Assembly: GCA_965370805.1 (NCBI GenBank)
Contig: CBDUVZ010000004.1
Location: 1 to 53,968, forward strand
DNA: 53,968 nt
From: an uncultured bacterium
GTDB taxonomy: Bacteria > Hydrothermota > Tepidihabitantia > Tepidihabitantales > Tepidihabitantaceae
Direction: 5' to 3'
The translations under genes were made by a program, and so were the position numbers. The notes below the pieces were generated by a model that did no database searches, had not been told where the DNA came from, and was given only the letters and a program-made list of their open reading frames with translations. Positions 27,789 through 37,225 of the stretch are shown in pieces (the first letter of the stretch is position 1; the number at the start of each line of letters is the position of its first letter).

Positions 27789-29063
27789 CTAGAAGCCATA
27801 TTTCGCTTTGAGCCAGACCTCGTCGTTCTCGTTGTACCGGCCGAACATACCCTTGTCACCGGCAAACAGGTCGAACCCGGCCATGACGTGAATCTCGTCG
27901 GTCAGCGCATAGTCGACACTCGTGCGGTCAAACAGGTCAGTGTCATTGATTCCGAAATAGAGCATGGTCGAAAGAACGAGGGTGCTGCGCAGCAGCCGCT
28001 TGGACACGTTCAGAGTTGCGAACGTAGTGTGTTGCTCGTTCGTCACCTCTGCCGCGGAACCGAGAATGGTGTTGTCAGCGAACTGGGCGATGACGGTCCA
28101 TTCGTGACCCGGATACCAGTCCAGACCGAACAGCCAGTTGACCGCGTCCTTCCTGAGCGGAGCACCGACCTGCTCTGCGGTCTCGAACCGCCTGTCCTTG
28201 TACAGTGCAGCCTCGCCGCGCAGCACGAAATCAGACCAGGGCATGGAGAACTCAAGCCCGGCGAATGCAAACCGGTGGTGCTCGGGCCGGAGGTACAGGG
28301 TCGTCCCGGTCGAATCGGTGACGACGGTCTTGTCCGGAACCGGGAAGTCATCCCAGACGTAGCCTGCCGCTGCGGCCAGGTCGATGCCCGACCGGTAGCC
28401 GGTCAGCCTCGCTGCCAGTTCGCCGTTCCTGATTTCGGTTGCGGGCAGGACTACCGGCTCCACTACGACGTCCACGCCCGGAGGAAACTCGGGCATGAAC
28501 GACCAGGGGCTATCCTCCGCGGGGAAGACCGCGGGCTTGAATACCGGAATCAGCACCAGTTCGAACCCGAACGCATCGGACAGAAGCCGGGCCCGGAGCG
28601 CATCGACCGGCAGCCGGAGGTCGGCGTAGTCCCGGGCCAGGAATTCGGAATAGTCCATCGGGGTAACGATATCGGTAATCGCAATGCCGTCGGCTTTACC
28701 CCAGATTACGGCCTGACGACCGGCCCGCAGGTCCCACCAGTCGGCCGCATATTCAAGGTAAGCCCTTCTAAGTTCGATACCGCTCCGGGCCGGAACGACG
28801 CTGTTCTGCTCGAGATTAACCGAAGCGCAGAAGAACGCGCTGCCGGCCGCGGCTTCAAGATCGAGATGGAGCCGGGTCCGGGAACTGAGCAGGTCGAACG
28901 GACTCCTGACCCGGACCGCGTGATAGGTATCCGCGAACCCGGACACGTCAACCCGGGCTTGAGCCGGTAAGGAGAAGGCAAGCAGCAGTGAAAGACACGC
29001 ACCCGCGGCCGACCCGCGGTTTCCGCTCCACGGCACGGAGATGCAGGAACGATAGCGCCTCAC
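27789..29063 (-). CDS. DUF1302-like outer-membrane protein
   Basis: LRAGRQ.V.WG..D motif, terminal YGF. Confidence 0.75.
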   Translation of the reverse strand: MRRYRSCISVPWSGNRGSAAGACLSLLLAFSLPAQARVDVSGFADTYHAVRVRSPFDLLSSRTRLHLDLEAAAGSAFFCASVNLEQNSVVPARSGIELRRAYLEYAADWWDLRAGRQAVIWGKADGIAITDIVTPMDYSEFLARDYADLRLPVDALRARLLSDAFGFELVLIPVFKPAVFPAEDSPWSFMPEFPPGVDVVVEPVVLPATEIRNGELAARLTGYRSGIDLAAAAGYVWDDFPVPDKTVVTDSTGTTLYLRPEHHRFAFAGLEFSMPWSDFVLRGEAALYKDRRFETAEQVGAPLRKDAVNWLFGLDWYPGHEWTVIAQFADNTILGSAAEVTNEQHTTFATLNVSKRLLRSTLVLSTMLYFGINDTDLFDRTSVDYALTDEIHVMAGFDLFAGDKGMFGRYNENDEVWLKAKYGF

Positions 29064-29848
29064 TTCACTCTTCCCTGTTCAAGGGTCAATACCCGAAACA
29101 GGTTGTCACTCAAACCCGGGTTGTACTCGACGTCGGACATCTCCAGTATGGTCCTGTGCTTGTCCAGGACGTTCTCCATCTCCATGTGAATCGCGGTCCA
29201 GAACCCATCCTGGAGCCGGATTTCGGACACGGTCAATGTCTTCAGAGACCTTTCCGTCCGGTCATAGAACTCGACCCGGACCGGAATCAGGGCGTCCTGC
29301 CTGATCCACTTCACGACCCGGGAATACATGTGGCCTTCTTCCTTCGGCTTTGACTCAACCACCCAGCACTGGAATCCGTCAAGCTCCTCTTCGCGCAGAA
29401 GCTCATGTTCATCGTCGCCGACCGCGCGCGAACCCAGGTCCTGGTACGTGAAATCAGTGCCCATGAAGTAGTCGTTCTTGGACGAACCGGCAATCCGCCT
29501 CACCTTGCCGAGCGCCGGCATGTACAGCCACCGGTCATCTTCCTTGGCCGGGTCGTCGTAGTCCCAGGTCAGAAACCCGGTGCCTCTAACGTCAGCCGGT
29601 TCAAGGAAACAGATAACCGACTTCGAGTCCTCGCCGTAGTCCTTGGAATACGAAACCGTGCTTCGGACACGTTTCGCTCCACGGTGATTGATAAGGGTCA
29701 TTGTCATCGTCATCGTCCGGTCATCACCATCCGGCCGGTCATGAACCATCTCCGCTATGTATACACCGGTCAGACTGTCGGATTGAGCCCGAACCGGCGA
29801 TGCCGCCAGCACCAGAATCAGCATCAGGACAACACCGTGCAGTTTCAT
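29060..29848 (-). CDS. Outer membrane lipoprotein-sorting (LolA-like) protein
   Basis: F..PADVRGT.FL, DDRWLY.PA...VRRI, FMGTDF.Y.D. Confidence 0.9.
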   Translation of the reverse strand: MKLHGVVLMLILVLAASPVRAQSDSLTGVYIAEMVHDRPDGDDRTMTMTMTLINHRGAKRVRSTVSYSKDYGEDSKSVICFLEPADVRGTGFLTWDYDDPAKEDDRWLYMPALGKVRRIAGSSKNDYFMGTDFTYQDLGSRAVGDDEHELLREEELDGFQCWVVESKPKEEGHMYSRVVKWIRQDALIPVRVEFYDRTERSLKTLTVSEIRLQDGFWTAIHMEMENVLDKHRTILEMSDVEYNPGLSDNLFRVLTLEQGRVK

Positions 29849-29878
29849 CTTACACCTCCGCTAGCTTGTTGGTCTCTT

Positions 29879-29928
29879 CTAACATTGTTAGGCACTCCTA
29901 ACTATACCCTTCTCTGGCTACCCGTCAA
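29879..29928 (-). promoter_or_regulatory. Promoter TTGACG-N16-TATAGT with DtxR-type operator
   Basis: GTTAGGcactCCTAAC at 29887-29902; same layout as 25297-25346. Confidence 0.8.
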
Positions 29929-30061
29929 GAAGAAAGAGCAACACAATCTCCCACCTCCCGCATCTGGAAACCATGCGGCTCGCACGCTGGCAATCCTCTT
30001 CCCTTGACTACCCGACGCGCCCGGTTATTATTGCGTTCCATGCTCAGAACAAGCCTGTCTC

Positions 30062-31183
30062 GTGGCACTCCAGTCGCATAGCAACGGCGTGACCACCCGC
30101 CGCCTCCCCAGTCTGAACATCGGGGATCTCTGCATTGACCCGCCCATCATCCAGGGCGGCATGGGTGTTCGGGTATCAGCATCCGGCCTGGCATCGGCGG
30201 TTTCCAATGAGGGCGCGCTCGGGGTTGTGGCGTCCGTTGGCCTGGGCGGTGAACTGGCCGACAAGACGCTCGACTACGTCACCCATTCGGAAATCGGTCT
30301 CCGCGAGATAATCCGGAAGACGAAGAAACTCACACCAAACCCCATCGGCGTGAATATCATGTGCGCCCTGAACAATTACGACAGCCTGGTGCGCGTCTCG
30401 ATCGAAGAAGGGGCCGATGCAATTATCTCCGGGGCCGGCCTTCCGATGAGGCTTCCCGCGATGGTCGGAGACAGCCCGGTGAAGCTGATTCCAATTGTCT
30501 CCTCCGGCCGGGCGGCAGCCCTGGTATGTAAAACTTGGCTCCGGCGCTACAACCGGCTGCCGGACGCCTTCGTGGTCGAAGGTCCACTCGCCGGCGGTCA
30601 CCTGGGCTTTTCTCTCGAACAGCTCGCGGACCTCGATTCGTATCGGCTGGAGAAACTCCTTGCGGATGTGCTCGAAGTGGCGCGGACGTACGAGGAATCA
30701 AATGGCGTGCGGATACCGGTCATCGCTGCGGGCGGTGTCTTCGACGGCAAGGATATCGTCCGCTTCCTGAAATTGGGAGCCGTGGGCGTCCAGATGGCGA
30801 CCAGGTTCGTCTGCACCCACGAATGCGATGCCGGGGACGCCTACAAACAGGCCTATCTCGACTGCACCAGGCAGGAAGATATCGTCGTAATCGACAGTCC
30901 GGTCGGGCTGCCGGCCCGCGTGGTCCGGAACAGGTTCGTCCAGAATATCATCGACGGCAAGCAGGCCTCCTTCACTTGCAACCACCAGTGCCTGGCCACG
31001 TGCAATGCCAGGACGGCGAACTACTGCATCGCCGAAGCCCTGGTTGCGAGCTATCGCGGCCAGATGGAACACGGCTACGCAATGTGCGGAAGCAACGCGT
31101 GGCGCATCAACAAAATCGTGTCGGTCAAGGAACTGATTGACGAACTGGTCAAGGAAGCCACCGCGGCTCTCGACCCGAACTGA
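30062..31183 (+). CDS. Nitronate monooxygenase/FabK-like flavin oxidoreductase
   Basis: PIIQGGMG, EGPLAGGH, IAAGG, VQMATRF; start may be GTG at 30089. Confidence 0.9.
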   Translation: MALQSHSNGVTTRRLPSLNIGDLCIDPPIIQGGMGVRVSASGLASAVSNEGALGVVASVGLGGELADKTLDYVTHSEIGLREIIRKTKKLTPNPIGVNIMCALNNYDSLVRVSIEEGADAIISGAGLPMRLPAMVGDSPVKLIPIVSSGRAAALVCKTWLRRYNRLPDAFVVEGPLAGGHLGFSLEQLADLDSYRLEKLLADVLEVARTYEESNGVRIPVIAAGGVFDGKDIVRFLKLGAVGVQMATRFVCTHECDAGDAYKQAYLDCTRQEDIVVIDSPVGLPARVVRNRFVQNIIDGKQASFTCNHQCLATCNARTANYCIAEALVASYRGQMEHGYAMCGSNAWRINKIVSVKELIDELVKEATAALDPN

Positions 31184-31288
31184 ACCCGAACCCCGCCGGC
31201 CGAAAGCAGCCCTGCCCGGACCGGATTGCTGCAGCGACAGACGGCACGTTGACACCCGCCACCGAACCCATACAATACAACCTGAATC

Positions 31289-32218
31289 ATGATCTACACC
31301 GTCACCCTGAACCCCGCGCTTGACCGCACGCTCCACGTCGACCGACTGACGAAGCACGACTCGAACCGCATCCAACGCGAAGCCCGGTACGCCGGGGGCA
31401 AAGGAATCGACGTATCGCGTGCGCTCGCCGGGATGGGAATCCCGACTGTCGCTATGGGATTCGTCGGCGGGTTCGACGGCAAGGAATTCGAAGGCCGACT
31501 GCTCAACGAAGGAGTCGCCTGCGACTTCACCCGGATTGCCGGCGAAATCCGCACCAATGTCATCATCCATGACGACTCAACCGGTGACGAACTCGCGCTG
31601 CTCGCCCCGGGCCCTGAAGTCCAACCGGTGGAACTGATGGACTTCATCGGCAGCCTGGAAAGAGTCGGGGACATGGAATTCCTCGTCGCATCCGGTTCCC
31701 TGCCCGGTGGTCTCACTCCGGCCGTGTATCGCCGTATAATCCGGATCGGCAACGACAAAGGCGTCCGGACCCTGCTTGACACGTCAGGCAAAGCACTCCG
31801 CGACGGCATCCAGGCCCACCCGGCCTTCATCAAGCCCAACCGGAGAGAACTGATCGAGCTGGCCGGTGAGGAACTGAAGGACATCCCGTCGATCGTCCGG
31901 TTCTGCCGGACCCTACACCGGCAGGTCGCAACCGTCCTTGTATCGCTCGGCCCGGATGGAATGGTCCTGGTTGATTCCCGTCACGCCCTGCACGCCCGGC
32001 CGCCGGGAGTGGAAGTGAAAAGCACGATTGGGGCCGGCGACTGCGCGGTCGCGGGTTTCGTCAGTTCCCTGCTGAACGGAGAGAACCCGACCGACTGCCT
32101 GCGCCGGGCCGTTGCGGCCGGCACCGCGGCTATCCTGAGCTCCGGCACCGGCTTGTGCCGGTGCGAAGACATCGACCAACTGCTCCCGCAGATACCGGTC
32201 GAAACCATCGACGCATGA
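31289..32218 (+). CDS. pfkB: 1-phosphofructokinase family hexose kinase
   Basis: TVTLNPALD, GGKGI, KPN..E, STIGAGD. Confidence 0.92.
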   Translation: MIYTVTLNPALDRTLHVDRLTKHDSNRIQREARYAGGKGIDVSRALAGMGIPTVAMGFVGGFDGKEFEGRLLNEGVACDFTRIAGEIRTNVIIHDDSTGDELALLAPGPEVQPVELMDFIGSLERVGDMEFLVASGSLPGGLTPAVYRRIIRIGNDKGVRTLLDTSGKALRDGIQAHPAFIKPNRRELIELAGEELKDIPSIVRFCRTLHRQVATVLVSLGPDGMVLVDSRHALHARPPGVEVKSTIGAGDCAVAGFVSSLLNGENPTDCLRRAVAAGTAAILSSGTGLCRCEDIDQLLPQIPVETIDA

Positions 32219-33138
32219 GCCTAGTCCCAGGCAAGGAAATTCTGGCCGAAGCGAACCGCAACGGCTACGCGGTCGGCGCTTTCAACTTCAGCAACCTCGA
32301 GTTCCTCCAGGCAATCACGGCCGCTGCCGACGAAGCCGGAACCCCGGTCTTCCTCGCCACCAGCGAAGGCGCAATCAGGTACGCCGGACTGCACCAGATT
32401 ACAGCAATGGCCCGGGCCGCGGCCGAACAGACCCGGGTCCCGCTCTGCCTGCACCTTGACCACGGCAAGGACCTCGACGTCATCAAACGCTGCATCGAAG
32501 CCGGGTACACTTCGGTGATGATTGACGCCTCGGACCTGCCGTTCAAAGAGAACGTCAACAAGACGAAGCTGGTGAAAGAAATGGCCCACAAAGCCGGGGT
32601 GTCGGTCGAAGCCGAACTGGGCCGACTCAAAGGTATCGAAGACAACGTCTCGGTCGCGGAACGTGATGCCGTCCTGGTTGACCCGGAGCAGGCGGCGCGA
32701 TTCGTGGAACTGACCGGTGTTGATTCGCTCGCCCCGGCAATCGGCACGTCCCACGGCGCATTCAAGTTCAAGGGCAAGCCTGACCTGGACTTCGACCGGC
32801 TGCGAAGAATCAAGGAACTGACCGGCAACCTGCCCCTGGTCCTGCACGGCGCTTCCAGCATCCCGCGGCAGGTGCTCGACCGCTGCCTTGCGTCCGGGGT
32901 CGCAATCCGTGGCGCAAAAGGTGTGCCGGAAGAACAGTTGAAACAGGCAATCCGGCTCGGCATCAACAAAGTGAACGTCGATACCGACCTGCGGCTCACT
33001 TTTGTCGCCGAAGTGCGCAAAAACCTGACCGAGCACCCGGAGCAGTTCGACCCGCGCAAGTACCTCGGCCCGGCCCGCGATGCGGTCCGCGAACTCGTGA
33101 AGCAGAAAGTCAGCCTCTTCCGCCCGGAAGGGACATGA
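32215..33138 (+). CDS. fba: Fructose-bisphosphate aldolase class II
   Basis: LHLDHG, VEAELG, GTSHG, LVLHGAS, KVNVDTD. Confidence 0.95.
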   Translation: MSLVPGKEILAEANRNGYAVGAFNFSNLEFLQAITAAADEAGTPVFLATSEGAIRYAGLHQITAMARAAAEQTRVPLCLHLDHGKDLDVIKRCIEAGYTSVMIDASDLPFKENVNKTKLVKEMAHKAGVSVEAELGRLKGIEDNVSVAERDAVLVDPEQAARFVELTGVDSLAPAIGTSHGAFKFKGKPDLDFDRLRRIKELTGNLPLVLHGASSIPRQVLDRCLASGVAIRGAKGVPEEQLKQAIRLGINKVNVDTDLRLTFVAEVRKNLTEHPEQFDPRKYLGPARDAVRELVKQKVSLFRPEGT

Positions 33139-33902
33139 CCCAATCCCGTCCTCGGGATTGGAATCGTGTCCCCAGGCCCCGGATTGAAACCCGCAACCGG
33201 ATAGCCCAAGCCAACAACATCATGGTCATCACCGGTGCCGGCATATCGGCCGAGTCCGGCGTCCCGACTTTCCGCACCCGGGGCGGACTCTGGAGCAAGT
33301 TCAACCCCGAAGAATACGCCACGCCCGAGGCGTTCGCCCGCGACCCGGTCAAAGTCTGGAAATGGTACGACATGCGACGGCAGGAAATAGCCGGAGCAGA
33401 ACCGAACGCGGCCCACAAGGCACTGGCCCGGCTCGAGCAACTCGGCAAGCGGGTCTTCATCGTCACCCAGAATGTCGACGACCTCCACGAGCAGGCCGGC
33501 TCGAAAGAAGTGATCCACATCCACGGCTCCATCTGGCACGTCCGCTGCGAGCGCGACGGCACAACCGAAGAGAATCGCGAAGTACCGCTGGAACATATCC
33601 CACCGCTCTGTCACTGCGGCAACATCCTGCGCCCGGCCGTGGTCTGGTTCGGTGAGCAACTGCCCTGGCAGCCGGTCGAAGCCGTCAATCGGTATCTGCT
33701 CCAGGACAAAATCGGCGTCTGCTTTGTCATCGGCACCGAAGCCTCATTCGGGTACATCGTCGAATGGGTCTATCATGCCCGGGAAGCAGGCGCATTCGTG
33801 GTGGATATCAACCCCCGTGAAACCGGACTCAGCAACCTGGTCGATATCCATCTCCAGGGCAAAGCCGGTGAACTCCTGCCCCGGCTCATGTCCGAACACT
33901 GA
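33135..33902 (+). CDS. cobB: NAD-dependent deacylase (sirtuin)
   Basis: TGAGISAESGVPTFR, TQNVD, HG, RP.VVWFGE. Confidence 0.95.
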   Translation: MTQSRPRDWNRVPRPRIETRNRIAQANNIMVITGAGISAESGVPTFRTRGGLWSKFNPEEYATPEAFARDPVKVWKWYDMRRQEIAGAEPNAAHKALARLEQLGKRVFIVTQNVDDLHEQAGSKEVIHIHGSIWHVRCERDGTTEENREVPLEHIPPLCHCGNILRPAVVWFGEQLPWQPVEAVNRYLLQDKIGVCFVIGTEASFGYIVEWVYHAREAGAFVVDINPRETGLSNLVDIHLQGKAGELLPRLMSEH

Positions 33903-33959
33903 CCCGGACAGAAACCGCGTCCCCGCCCTCTCAGGAAGCGCTTCTCCGGCCGGTCCGCT

Positions 33960-34727
33960 CTACCTCTCCGGCCCCGACTCGTCCGCGGGGTACAGCTTCT
34001 TGAAGAACCCGAGCACGCAATCCCGGATATGGTTGAGCCCCTTCGCCGGGATGATGTCACCGGCCAGCACCTGCATCGCCGCACGCGCCTCGGCCAGCCG
34101 CTGCTCCCGTGACTTCCGCGGCCGACCCCGCGCCGTTCTCCTCGGTCGCGGCCGCGTCTGCTTCAGAACGCGCCACAGCATGCGTGCGTAGTCGAACGCG
34201 ACCTTGCGCACTGCAAAAGTCGGCCTCACATCCAGCCGGTTCACCTCCTGGCCTACGACCGCGTCCAGCCCCCGCCGTTCCAGCGCCGCCTGTGCCTGCC
34301 GTCCGACCGCCTCCGCGCGCCGCGCGGGCGCAAGCGGCTTCTCACCGCGCGCCTGCCGCGCACCGGCGGTCTTCACGTCGTACTTATCAAGCGCCATGGC
34401 GACCCGGCCCGGCTGAATCGCAAGCTCCTTGAGCACACTCTCGCGGGCGGCATCCTCGCGCACCGGCGGCAGTACCGTATAGCGGTCAAGGAACGGCGCG
34501 ATGTCGGCCACCGACGCCCGGCAGGCACGCAGGTAGTCCACCACCAGCGCCAGCGTCGGGAACCGCAGCCGACCCGCTTCCAGCCGGCCCAGATGGTGAT
34601 GATAGCCCGGCCGGCGACCCATCCGGCGCGCCAACTCCTCCAAACTCAGCCCGGCTCGCCCGCGCAACTCACGCAATCGCACGCCCAACTCAACCGGGAA
34701 AAAGAACGTCGCAATGATGTGCTTCAT
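33960..34727 (-). CDS. XRE-type HTH protein with long basic helical C-terminal region
   Basis: LRELR.RAGLS.EELA.RMG...LGRLEAG...PTL; palindrome GATAACacatGTTATC at 34751-34766 upstream. Confidence 0.8.
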   Translation of the reverse strand: MKHIIATFFFPVELGVRLRELRGRAGLSLEELARRMGRRPGYHHHLGRLEAGRLRFPTLALVVDYLRACRASVADIAPFLDRYTVLPPVREDAARESVLKELAIQPGRVAMALDKYDVKTAGARQARGEKPLAPARRAEAVGRQAQAALERRGLDAVVGQEVNRLDVRPTFAVRKVAFDYARMLWRVLKQTRPRPRRTARGRPRKSREQRLAEARAAMQVLAGDIIPAKGLNHIRDCVLGFFKKLYPADESGPER

Positions 34728-34833
34728 AGCGGAATTTCCTCCAACCCAATGATAACACATGTTATCGGAAAGCGCAACCCGGATTGCCCGACTAAGTTAC
34801 TCACCTATCATTTGTTATCCGGATTCTGAATTT

Positions 34834-35073
34834 CCCCCCTCCTGCGCCCCCGGGGTAGCCCCCGGGATGGCTCCTCATGCCGCCCTCTCCGGCCCTGCCC
34901 GGACCGCTCGGAAGGCCATCTGCCGGGGCACTTCCGCGGCCCCGCCGCCTGCGGCTCTCCGGGGTGCTCAGGCCGCCCTTGTCCCGGGCCTGCCCAGGGC
35001 TGCCCGGACTGCCGCCCGCCGAGTCACCACGACAACCCCTCCCGCAACCACCACCCCGGCCGCTCAGGGAAAG
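34834..35073. repeat. Degenerate 12-bp-periodic array B (about 20 units, weaker)
   Basis: gcccccggggta, gcccccgggatg, atctgccggggc, gctctccggggt in 12-nt register; begins at a C6 tract. Confidence 0.5.
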
Positions 35074-35143
35074 CAGTACCCCCTCCGGTCTTGGAAACCG
35101 CCTCAGACACCCCTGAGCCGCAGACGGACAGCGGCAGGCGTTT

Positions 35144-35470
35144 CTACCGGACGAACTTCTCCCTCTTGAGGTATTCCTCGGTCCAGCCCAGGCGTTCAAG
35201 CTTGGGTCCGACCAAGTCACGGCGCATCACCTTTGTGGGGCTGTAGTGGATGGTGACGGTGTTGTCGGGCGCAAGCAGGCCGCGGTTGATGAAACGTGGG
35301 TGTCCGCCCCAGTTCTTGATTTCTTCCCAGTGCGGGTCTCTGCGTACCATCCTGAGCCATTCCTTCCTTGATTTGGCGCGGATTTGAACCAACGCTTGTC
35401 TGGACCAGCTACTTGCCGGTCGGGTACTGCATGATGCATGAGGTATTACCCCCGGTGTCAATTCGGACAT
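35144..35470 (-). CDS. Small hypothetical protein
   Basis: GGGAGG RBS, 108 aa, no recognised family. Confidence 0.5.
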   Translation of the reverse strand: MSELTPGVIPHASCSTRPASSWSRQALVQIRAKSRKEWLRMVRRDPHWEEIKNWGGHPRFINRGLLAPDNTVTIHYSPTKVMRRDLVGPKLERLGWTEEYLKREKFVR

Positions 35471-35541
35471 GTCTTCCTCCCTTTTCGCGGACTCCCATAT
35501 TATACCCGATTCCGGGTCGGTTGGGAAGCGCGGCATCAGCC

Positions 35542-35712
35542 CCGAAAACCGATACAGGAATCTCACCACAAAGGCACGAAGAACACAAAGCCGAGGGGCC
35601 GGAGTCGAATGGAAGCGTCACCTGATGGATGCGCTCAATCCGAAGCAACGGAGAGGCGCAAAGCCGCGTGCTGTCTGAGTCCTGGCCTTGGTGACTTTGT
35701 GTCTTGGTGGTT
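35542..35712. repeat. Element with 9-mer-periodic inverted arms
   Basis: Leader CCGAAAACCGATACAGGAATCTCACC; arms caccacaaaggcacgaagaacacaaag and ccttggtgactttgtgtcttggtggtt. Confidence 0.7.
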
Positions 35713-35854
35713 CAACTTCGGTTCCTGGGTCAGCAGCCTGGGCAAATGCTGTGGGAACCCTCGGCAGACCTTCAGGTCAATCTTGAGGCAATAGCGGGGA
35801 GAACGGCCACCGTCACCGTCAGCCCCTCAATCCGTACGGTTCTGCCACCGAATG

Positions 35855-35925
35855 GCCTGTCTGCGTGCCATGCACAGGCAGGTAGTCTCCAGTTCGTTCC
35901 GATTCGACCATCCGGTCATGCCGCG
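35855..35925 (-). repeat. 71-bp repeat, copy 1 (RM remnant RHDRMV plus palindromic insert)
   Basis: 64/71 identical to 36986-37056 by manual alignment. Confidence 0.85.
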
Positions 35926-35975
35926 AACATCAAGACTGAAGACCTGCCCCCCTGCCGCCCATCACATGAAACCGG

Positions 35976-36899
35976 TCAATCCCGGAACCGGTCCTCCGGA
36001 ATGCGGCCCCGCAGCTCAAGATGCAGCTCACTCCAGCAGGCGGACACGGTACGCCGATAGCCTCGTTTGGCCAGGTCGGCCTGCAGGCTCCAGCCCGTTG
36101 CCCGGATCGACCACGGGGTCTTCGATTCCCGAAAGCGACGGTAGCGGAGCAGCCACTTCCTGACGATGCGCCGTTCGGCCGGGGTCCAGCGACGGTTCGG
36201 GCACCAGCCCAGGTCGCTCATCCGCGCGCGCAGCCGAGCGCATACCGCTTTGAAGCTCCGGCCGGCAACAACCGCGAGGCGCTGCGAGCTGCGCCGACGC
36301 AGCCGGTCCCAGTACCGCTGGAGCTCCTTGAGGCATGCTTGCTCGGCAGCGATCGGACTCGGGCAGCGCCCATCAACGAGCTGCCGTGCGTGGCGAGTCA
36401 GAATCCGATCTTCGGCAGGTCTCCACGGCTGCTGCGGCGACGGCACTCCGATTCGATGCGCGAACAACGCAACCCGGCTGTGGACGGCCTGCTTTGTCCG
36501 CGGGACGGTCCTGGAGTAGCTTCGCGGATGCCGGCCTCGCTCAACGAGCAGGGCTTCGCGGCACGCCCTGGCCGCGGCACCTGCATCCTCGTACCTGCCG
36601 GCAAACAGGGCCTTCGTGAAGCGCATGACCACCCGGTCCTCTGCCGGAGTCCACACCGACGCCCGCAGCAGTACTCCGGCGGCCGCCAGGCGGCGCTTCA
36701 GGTAGGTATGGATGGTTGAAAATGTCTTAGGCCGGATTCCGCTGCGGCCGGGACTACGGTAGAGCAGTTCGATCTCAGCGTGGCACAGCCTCGCTGCTTC
36801 GAGGTCCGACCGAAACGCGCCATTCAGCCGCGCCCGAACGAACCGGTTGAGGATGCGGTCCTCCTTCTGCTGCCGGCGCCGATCGCTCACGCGCGACAT
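35976..36899 (-). CDS. Basic protein with four Myb/SANT (trihelix)-like repeats
   Basis: KEDRIL, WTPAEDRVV, WRPAEDRIL, WTPAERRIV at about 75-80 aa spacing, most ending R[TS]xxA[VC]. Confidence 0.7.
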   Translation of the reverse strand: MSRVSDRRRQQKEDRILNRFVRARLNGAFRSDLEAARLCHAEIELLYRSPGRSGIRPKTFSTIHTYLKRRLAAAGVLLRASVWTPAEDRVVMRFTKALFAGRYEDAGAAARACREALLVERGRHPRSYSRTVPRTKQAVHSRVALFAHRIGVPSPQQPWRPAEDRILTRHARQLVDGRCPSPIAAEQACLKELQRYWDRLRRRSSQRLAVVAGRSFKAVCARLRARMSDLGWCPNRRWTPAERRIVRKWLLRYRRFRESKTPWSIRATGWSLQADLAKRGYRRTVSACWSELHLELRGRIPEDRFRD

Positions 36900-36933
36900 A
36901 CAAAAGTTACCGGCAGCCGTAAGCTGCAGGCCC

Positions 36934-37065
36934 CCAACCGTTCATGCAGGTTCAGCATCCGCTCGACCAGTCTCGCCATCAGATTGCCTGTCTGCGTGCC
37001 GTGCACAGACAGGCAATCTCCACTCCGTTCCGAATCGACCATCCGGTCATGCCGCGCCTTGACAT
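36934..37065 (-). pseudogene. Type IIG RM near-C-terminal remnant KARHDRMV...LVERMLNLHERL, interrupted by a palindromic element
   Basis: Seen in ORF 36887-37195; contains 71-bp repeat copy 2. Confidence 0.75.
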
Positions 37066-37225
37066 CGCTCATGAATGTGGGAAGTGTCCCGGGTCTCTCA
37101 GGGGGGAAAAGACCCGCGGCGAAGGCTAGGTCACGGCCTCTGGTTCGCCTGGCCACGCACCTGCGCCGTGTCGCAGGAAGTACGGTTACCGTCACCGTTA
37201 GTCCCGGAATTCCCCGTCACTCCCC

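Noticed and set aside
33135-33902. Sirtuin as a SIR2 defence NADase (Thoeris/DSR)
   Set aside because: Canonical CobB motifs and zinc cysteines, and operonic with the pfkB-family kinase and fba
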